A stretch of 36,893 nucleotides of DNA, taken from NCBI GenBank assembly GCA_032718475.1, contig JAUCBJ010005705.1, positions 1-36,893 on the forward strand, given 5' to 3'. The notes beneath the pieces were generated by a model. That model was not told the origin of the DNA and did no database searches. It saw only the letters and a program-made list of their open reading frames with translations. Numbering within the stretch: the stretch's first letter is position 1; every line of letters begins with the position of its first letter. The position numbers and the translations under genes were made by a program. The DNA comes from Nemertoderma westbladi. Lineage: Eukaryota; Animalia; Xenacoelomorpha. Shown in pieces: positions 30,101-36,893 of this stretch.

Positions 30101-33100
30101 CTTAGTGAATAATCGGGACACTTACCAGAACAAGTACTTAGTGTGAAATCGGAACACTTGCCAGAACAAGTACATAGTGAGAAATCGGAACACTTACCAG
30201 AACAAGTACTTAGAGTGTGAAATCGGAACACTTACCACACCGTTACTTTGTGTGAAATCGGAACACTTACCAGAACAAGTACATAGTGAGAAATCGGAAC
30301 ACTTACCAGAACAAGTACTTAGTGAGAAATCGGAACACTTACCTGAACAAGTACATAGTGAGAAATCGGAACACTTACCACACCGTTACTTTGTGTGAAA
30401 TCGGAACACTTAAGTACATAGTGAGAAATCGGAACACTTACCAGAACAAGTACTTAGTGAGAAATCGGAACACTTCCCTGAACAAGTACATAGTGAGAAA
30501 TCGGAACACTTACCAGAACAAGTACTTAGTGTGAAATCGGAACACTTCCCTGAACAAGTACTTAGTGTGAAATCGGAACACTTACCTGAACAAGTACTTA
30601 GTGTGAAATCGGAACACTTACCTGAACAAGTACATAGTGAGAAATCGGAACACTTACCAGAACAAGTACTTAGTGAGAAATCGGAACACTTACCAGAACA
30701 AGTACTTAGTGTGAAATCGGAACACTTACCTGAACAAGTACTTAGTGTGAAATCGGAACACTTACCTGAACAAGTACATAGTGAGAAATCGGAACACTTA
30801 CCAGAACAAGTACTTAGTGAGAAATCGGAACACTTCCCTGAACAAGTACTTAGTGTGAAATCGGAACACTTACCTGAACAATTACTTAGTGTGAAATCGG
30901 AACACTTACCTGAACAAGTACATAGTGAGAAATCGGAACACTTACCAGAACAAGTACTTAGTGAGAAATCGGAACACTTACCTGAACAAGTACTTAGTGT
31001 GAAATCGGAGCACTTACCTGAACAAGTACATAGTGAGAAATCGGAACACTTACCAGAACAAGTACATAGTGAGAAATCGGAACACTTACCAGAACAAGTA
31101 CTTGGTGAGAAATCGGAACACTTCCCTGAACAAGTACTTAGTGTGAAATCGGAACACTTCCCTGAACAAGTACTTACTTAGTGTGAAATCGGAACACTTC
31201 CCTGAACAAGTACTTACTTAGTGTGAAATCGGAACACTTCCCTGAACAAGTACATAGTGAGAAATCGGAACACTTACCTGAACAAGTACATAGTGAGAAA
31301 TCGGAACACTTACCTGAACAAGTACATAGTGAGAAATCGGAACACTTACCAGAACAAGTACTTAGTGAGAAATCGGAACACTTCCCTGAACAAGTACTTA
31401 GTGTGAAATCGGAACACTTCCCTGAACAAGTACTTAGTGTGAAATCGGAACACTTACCAGAACAAGTACTTAGTGTGAAATCGGAACACTTCCCTGAACA
31501 AGTACTTAGTGTGAAATCGGAACACTTACCTGAACAAATACTTAGTGTGAAATCGGAACACTTCCCTGAACAAGTACTTAGTGTGAAATCGGAACACTTA
31601 CCTGAACAAGTACTTAGTGTGAAATCGGAACACTTACCAGAACAAGTACTTAGTGTGAAATCGGAACACTTACCTGAACAAGTACTTAGTGTGAAATCGG
31701 AACACTTTCCTGAACAAGTACATAGTGAGAAATTGGAACACTTACCAGAACAAGTACATAGTGAGAAATCGGAACACTTACCAGAACAAGTACTTATTGA
31801 GAAATCGGAACACTTACCAGAACAAGTACTTAGTGTGAAATCGGAACACTTACCTGAACAAGTACTTAGTGTGAAATCGGAACACTTACCTGAACAAGTA
31901 CATAGTGAGAAATCGGAACACTTACCTGAACAAGTACATAGTGAGAAATCGGAACACTTACCAGAACAAGTACTTAGTGTGAAATCGGAACACTTACCTG
32001 AACAAGTACTTAGTGTGAAATCGGAACACTTACCTGAACAAGTACATAGTGAGAAATCGGAACACTTACCAGAACAAGTACTTGAGAAATCGGAACACTT
32101 CCCTGAACAAGTACATAGTGAGAAATCGGAACACTTACCAGAACAAGTACTTAGTGTGAAATCGGAACACTTCCCTGAACAAGTACTTAGTGTGAAATCG
32201 GAACACTTACCTGAACAAGTACTTAGTGTGAAATCGGAACACTTACCTGAACAAGTACATAGTGAGAAATCGGAACACTTACCAGAACAAGTACTTAGTG
32301 TGAAATCGGAACACTTACCTGAACAAGTACTTAGTGTGAAATCGGAACACTTACCTGAACAAGTACAAAGTGAGAAATCGGAACACTTACCAGAACAAGT
32401 ACTTGAGAAATCGGAACACTTCCCTGAACAAGTACATAGTGAGAAATCGGAACACTTACCAGAACAAGTACTTAGTGTGAAATCGGAACACTTCCCTGAA
32501 CAAGTACTTAGTGTGAAATCGGAACACTTACCTGAACAAGTACTTAGTGTGAAATCGGAACACTTACCAGAACAAGTACTTAGTGTGAAATCGGAACACT
32601 TACCTGAACAAGTACTTAGTGTGAAATCGGAACACTTTCCTGAACAAGTACATAGTGAGAAATTGGAACACTTACCAGAACAAGTACATAGTGAGAAATC
32701 GGAACACTTACCAGAACAAGTACTTATTGAGAAATCGGAACACTTACCAGAACAAGTACTTAGTGTGAAATCGGAACACTTACCTGAACAAGTACTTAGT
32801 GTGAAATCGGAACACTTACCTGAACAAGTACATAGTGAGAAATCGGAACACTTACCTGAACAAGTACATAGTGAGAAATCGGAACACTTACCAGAACAAG
32901 TACTTAGTGTGAAATCGGAACACTTACCTGAACAAGTACTTAGTGTGAAATCGGAACACTTACCTGAACAAGTACATAGTGAGAAATCGGAACACTTACC
33001 AGAACAAGTACTTGAGAAATCGGAACACTTCCCTGAACAAGTACATAGTGAGAAATCGGAACACTTACCAGAACAAGTACTTAGTGTGAAATCGGAACAC

Positions 33101-35104
33101 TTCCCTGAACAAGTACTTAGTGTGAAATCGGAACACTTACCTGAACAAGTACTTAGTGTGAAATCGGAACACTTACCTGAACAAGTACATAGTGAGAAAT
33201 CGGAACACTTACCAGAACAAGTACTTAGTGTGAAATCGGAACACTTACCTGAACAAGTACTTAGTGTGAAATCGGAACACTTACCTGAACAAGTACAAAG
33301 TGAGAAATCGGAACACTTACCAGAACAAGTACTTGAGAAATCGGAACACTTCCCTGAACAAGTACATAGTGAGAAATCGGAACACTTACCAGAACAAGTA
33401 CTTAGTGTGAAATCGGAACACTTCCCTGAACAAGTACTTAGTGTGAAATCGGAACACTTACCTGAACAAGTACTTAGTGTGAAATCGGAACACTTACCTG
33501 AACAAGTACATAGTGAGAAATCGGAACACTTACCAGAACAAGTACTTAGTGTGAAATCGGAACACTTCCATGAACAAGTACTTAGTGTGAAATCGGAACA
33601 CTTACCTGAACAAGTACTTGGTGAGAAATTGGAACACTTACCAGAACAAGTACTTGGTGAGAAATTGGAACACTTACCAGAACAAGTACTTGGTGAGAAA
33701 TCGGAACACCTCCCTGAACAAGTACTTAGTGAGAAATCGGAACACTTACCAGAACAAGTACATAGTGAGAAATCGGAACACTTACCTGAACAAGTACATA
33801 GTGAGAAATCGGAACACTTACCAGAACAAGTACTTAGTGTGAAATCGGAACACTTCCCTGAACAAGTACTTAGTGTGAAATCGGAACACTTACCTGAACA
33901 AGTACTTAGTGTGAAATCGGAACACTTACCTGTACAAGTACATAGTGAGAAATCGGAACACTTAACAGAACAAGTACTTATTGTGAAATCGGAACACTTC
34001 ACTGAAAAAGTACTTAGTCTGAAATCGGAACACTTACCTGAACAAGTACTTAGTGTGAAATCGGAACACTTACCTGAACAAGTGCATAGTGAGAAATCGG
34101 AACACTTACCAGAACAAGTACTTAGTGTGAAATCGGAACACTTCCCTGAACAAGTACTTAGTGTGAAATCGGAACACTTACCTGAACAAGTACTTAGTGT
34201 GAAATCGGAACACTTCCCTGAACAAGTACTTAGTGTGAAATCGGAACACTTACCTGAACAAGTACTTAGTGTGAAATCGGAACACGTACCTGAACAAGTA
34301 CATAGTGAGAAATCGGAACACTTACCAGAACAAGTACTTGGTGTGAAATCGGAACACTTACCAGAACAAGTACTTAGTGAGAAATCGGAACACTTACCAG
34401 AACATGTACTTATTGTGAAATCGGAACACTTCCCTGAACAAGTACTTAGTGTGAAATCGGAACACTTACCTGAACAAGTACTTAGTGTGAAATCGGAACA
34501 CTTACCTGAACAAGTACATAGTGAGAAATCGGAACACTTACCAGAACAAGTACTTAGTGAGAAATCGGAACACTTCCCTGAAAAAGTACATAGTGAGAAA
34601 TCGGAACACTTACCAGAACAAGTACTTAGTGTGAAATCGGAACACTTCTCTGAACAAGTACTTAGTGTGAAATCGGAACACTTACCTGAACAAGTACTTA
34701 GTGAGAAATCGGAACACTTACCAGAACAAGTACTTAGTGAGAAATCGGAACACTTACCAGAACAAGTACTTAGTGTGAAATCGGAACACTTACCTGAACA
34801 AGTACATAGTGAGAAATCGGAACACTTACCAGAACAAGTACTTAGTGAGAAATCGGAACACTTACCAGAACAAGTACTTAGTGTGAAATCGGAACACTTC
34901 CCTGAACAAGTACTTAGTGTGAAATCGGAACACTTACCTGAACAAGTACTTAGTGTGAAATCGGAACACTTACCTGAACAAGTACTTAGTGTGAAATCGG
35001 AACACTTACCTGAACAAGTACTTAGTGTGAAATCGGAACACTTACCTGAACAAGTACTTAGTGTGAAATCGGAACACTTACCACACCGTTACTTTGTGTG
35101 AAAT
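27180..35104. repeat. 36-bp minisatellite array, ~200 units, consensus G(A/T)GAAATCGGAACACTT(A/C)CC(A/T)GAACAAGTAC(T/A)T(A/G)GT
   Basis: Head-to-tail units with no spacers, interrupted once at ~27776-28279. It translates as (EKSEHLPEQVLS)n, but the 5' half contains stops and frameshifted units. Confidence 0.98.
27776..28279 (-). mobile_element. 5'-truncated CR1/L2 (Crack-like) LINE 3' end inserted in the minisatellite
   Basis: The minus strand reads PNCKSFESDTFFFNGIKNWNALPNENKNLDNQHSFKSAVKSHL (the WNxLP...FK C-terminal motif). The 3' UTR contains GGACCCCCTTGGAAATAAG...GGGTTAATCC and ends in an AATAAATAAA(TCTA)n tail. It splits one unit at GAAATCGG|AACAC. Confidence 0.85.
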
Positions 35105-35806
35105 TGTCACATTGAAGTCCGACGACCTTTCAATTAATCATATTACTATATTATGATATACAGTAGTGTTCCATTCGAACAGATGTAATAATTGTTCAAC
35201 AATGTATATCACATAAATGAAATAAATAAATAAAATCACATAAATGACTTTATTATGTTCTCTAAGAGTTAAAGAACAGTTGGCGGCACAATTATTGACC
35301 TATAACTACTACAGTACTACTTTACTATATTATGCCAACTACAGTAATAGTATATCATTGTAGTAAGAGTATACATGTGATTGTAGTTCAAGCCAAACAG
35401 GGAGCTAAATGCCAGAACACGTTCTTCATGTCCAAAAATCAGCGGAAAAACTGAGACAGGAAAGAAGCTAAGAGCTTCTTAATCGTATGGGAAGTGGTTT
35501 ATTCCCATACACTTTCAGCACTGAGTTACTTATCAACCACTGCTCATTGATCGGTACCACTACACCATTGCCCACCTTGGTATAGTGGTTACATTGAATT
35601 CACATCTCTCGCACGAAGGCATACTACTATCCAATATCCAAAGCAGTTTTTGTTTCGGCACGAATGCTAGTTCTGGGGGGACCACCAGCACTGGAAATAA
35701 ATCGTCAGACTTTGTGTTGTGCGTAGTTAATCCCTGGCCTAACGGCCCAATAAAATTTACTTTTGCTTTTATTTTTTGGTTCTTTCTTAAGGGTAAATCT
35801 TTTCGA

Positions 35807-35935
35807 CCTACGCGTAGTTCGCAACATTGGGTCATATATCACCAGTTTCAGAGTTTTAACAATAACTACGCGTAGGTGCTACGCGTAGCTACGCGTAGGT
35901 GCTACGCGTAGGTCCTACGCGACCTACGCATAGGT
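35807..35935. repeat. Cluster of the palindrome CTACGCGTAG, probably a transposon subterminal array
   Basis: Five perfect copies plus degenerate ones; 35864-35911 is the reverse complement of 36703-36750. Confidence 0.75.
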
Positions 35936-36695
35936 GCTACCCATAACTATGCCTATACGTCAGTACGTCGTTTATCATTAGTAGGCTTACGTATTCCAAG
36001 CGAGTCGTACTAAAATAAGACACAATACGGTATGTTCAATAAACAACCCACAACCATCAAATGCTTTCAACAGTAATGTATCCTATACCTGTATACTCTA
36101 TATAGAGGAATACGCGAAAACTACATATTCTTCACTTCATGCGTTGCGGGCGGTAAAATGTGTTAATAATTAATGTTTAGAGTTCAAAAATAGTTACAAA
36201 GGAAATAGGCCGATGGTTCTTATCGATTCTCTATGCTTTTTATTGCCTTTGTTCACGATAGGGCAAGGATATACTGTATTTAATATGTTAACCCCTTGAC
36301 AAGGGAAGGGGAGACTAAATTGTCTACCATGATTGGTTGCACTTGTCATTTGACCAAACAATTTGATTATATGCAGTATTTATCAGCTTTCGCTTAACCT
36401 CTTCACCGGTAGACTGGTCGCTTTATTTACTACTGTTCAATATTTAAATAATCCAATGGAAACAAAGATACTTGAATCATGAGACGTGAATTTCAAGTTT
36501 ACTTTTTATTCATCCTCTGTGTTTGTATGTGAAAGAGCCGAATATTATTTATTACCAGTCTGCCAGTGCTGTATGTAGAGATATGAGTTTCCGATTCTGT
36601 TATTACATTTGTCTGATAATCAGATACCTGACATATACCGATACTTGCCTAACAACTCAACCCTACCGGACCTGAAATGAAAAATCATTGTTATC

Positions 36696-36893
36696 AGGAC
36701 TGCTACGCGTAGCACCTACGCGTAGCTACGCGTAGCACCTACGCGTAGTTTCAAAATACCTACGCGTAGTTCCAAAATAACTACGCGTAGTTTTAAAACA
36801 CCTACGCGTAGTTGTTAAAAAGGCAGTAAGTCTGGCCCTACCGGTAAATGACAGGAATGGAAGTTACAAACTACGCGTAGCTACGCGTAGCTA
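36696..36893. mobile_element. Probable left end of a non-autonomous DNA transposon (CAGGACTG start, hAT-like) with CTACGCGTAG subterminal repeats; runs off the window
   Basis: Nine CTACGCGTAG copies follow CAGGACTG. The other end and any TSD are not visible. Confidence 0.5.

Noticed and set aside
31174-34002. Cys-rich metallothionein- or keratin-associated-like 942-aa protein on the minus strand
   Set aside because: It is the antisense translation of the minisatellite and has no unique N- or C-terminal sequence.
27180-35104. CRISPR array (36-bp repeats)
   Set aside because: Units are head-to-tail with no unique spacers, there are no cas genes, and the context is eukaryotic.
35560-35875. Overlapping 91- and 96-aa ORFs as a host exon
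   Set aside because: No recognisable domain or convincing splice context.

Overview
Eukaryotic (animal-like, AT-rich) genomic DNA dominated by mobile and repeated sequence; nothing prokaryotic or CRISPR-like. The main feature is a complete but decayed 15.6-kb BEL/Pao LTR retrotransposon (4154-19798; TG..CA LTRs, 5-bp TSD ATAAC). It is unusually large because of a 1.3-kb leader, an ~800-aa N-terminal Gag extension and a ~4-kb region after the integrase that carries a separate ~725-aa ORF I cannot assign to any family and that does not look like env. The 3' end of a diverged sister element (1-3551) carries the same ORF, which allows a comparison within the window. That comparison shows a synonymous-substitution bias in the extra ORF, conserved splice signals that would give an env-style subgenomic mRNA, and helices with compensatory base changes in the 3' third of the LTR (a conserved structured RNA). 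No recognisable tRNA primer-binding site is visible. Downstream are a G4T4-rich MITE 95 bp upstream of an intact 13-finger C2H2 gene, an RTE-type LINE fragment, a ~7.9-kb 36-bp minisatellite (with a CR1/L2-type LINE insertion and a 930-bp higher-order duplication), and clusters of the palindrome CTACGCGTAG. All comparisons were made by eye.
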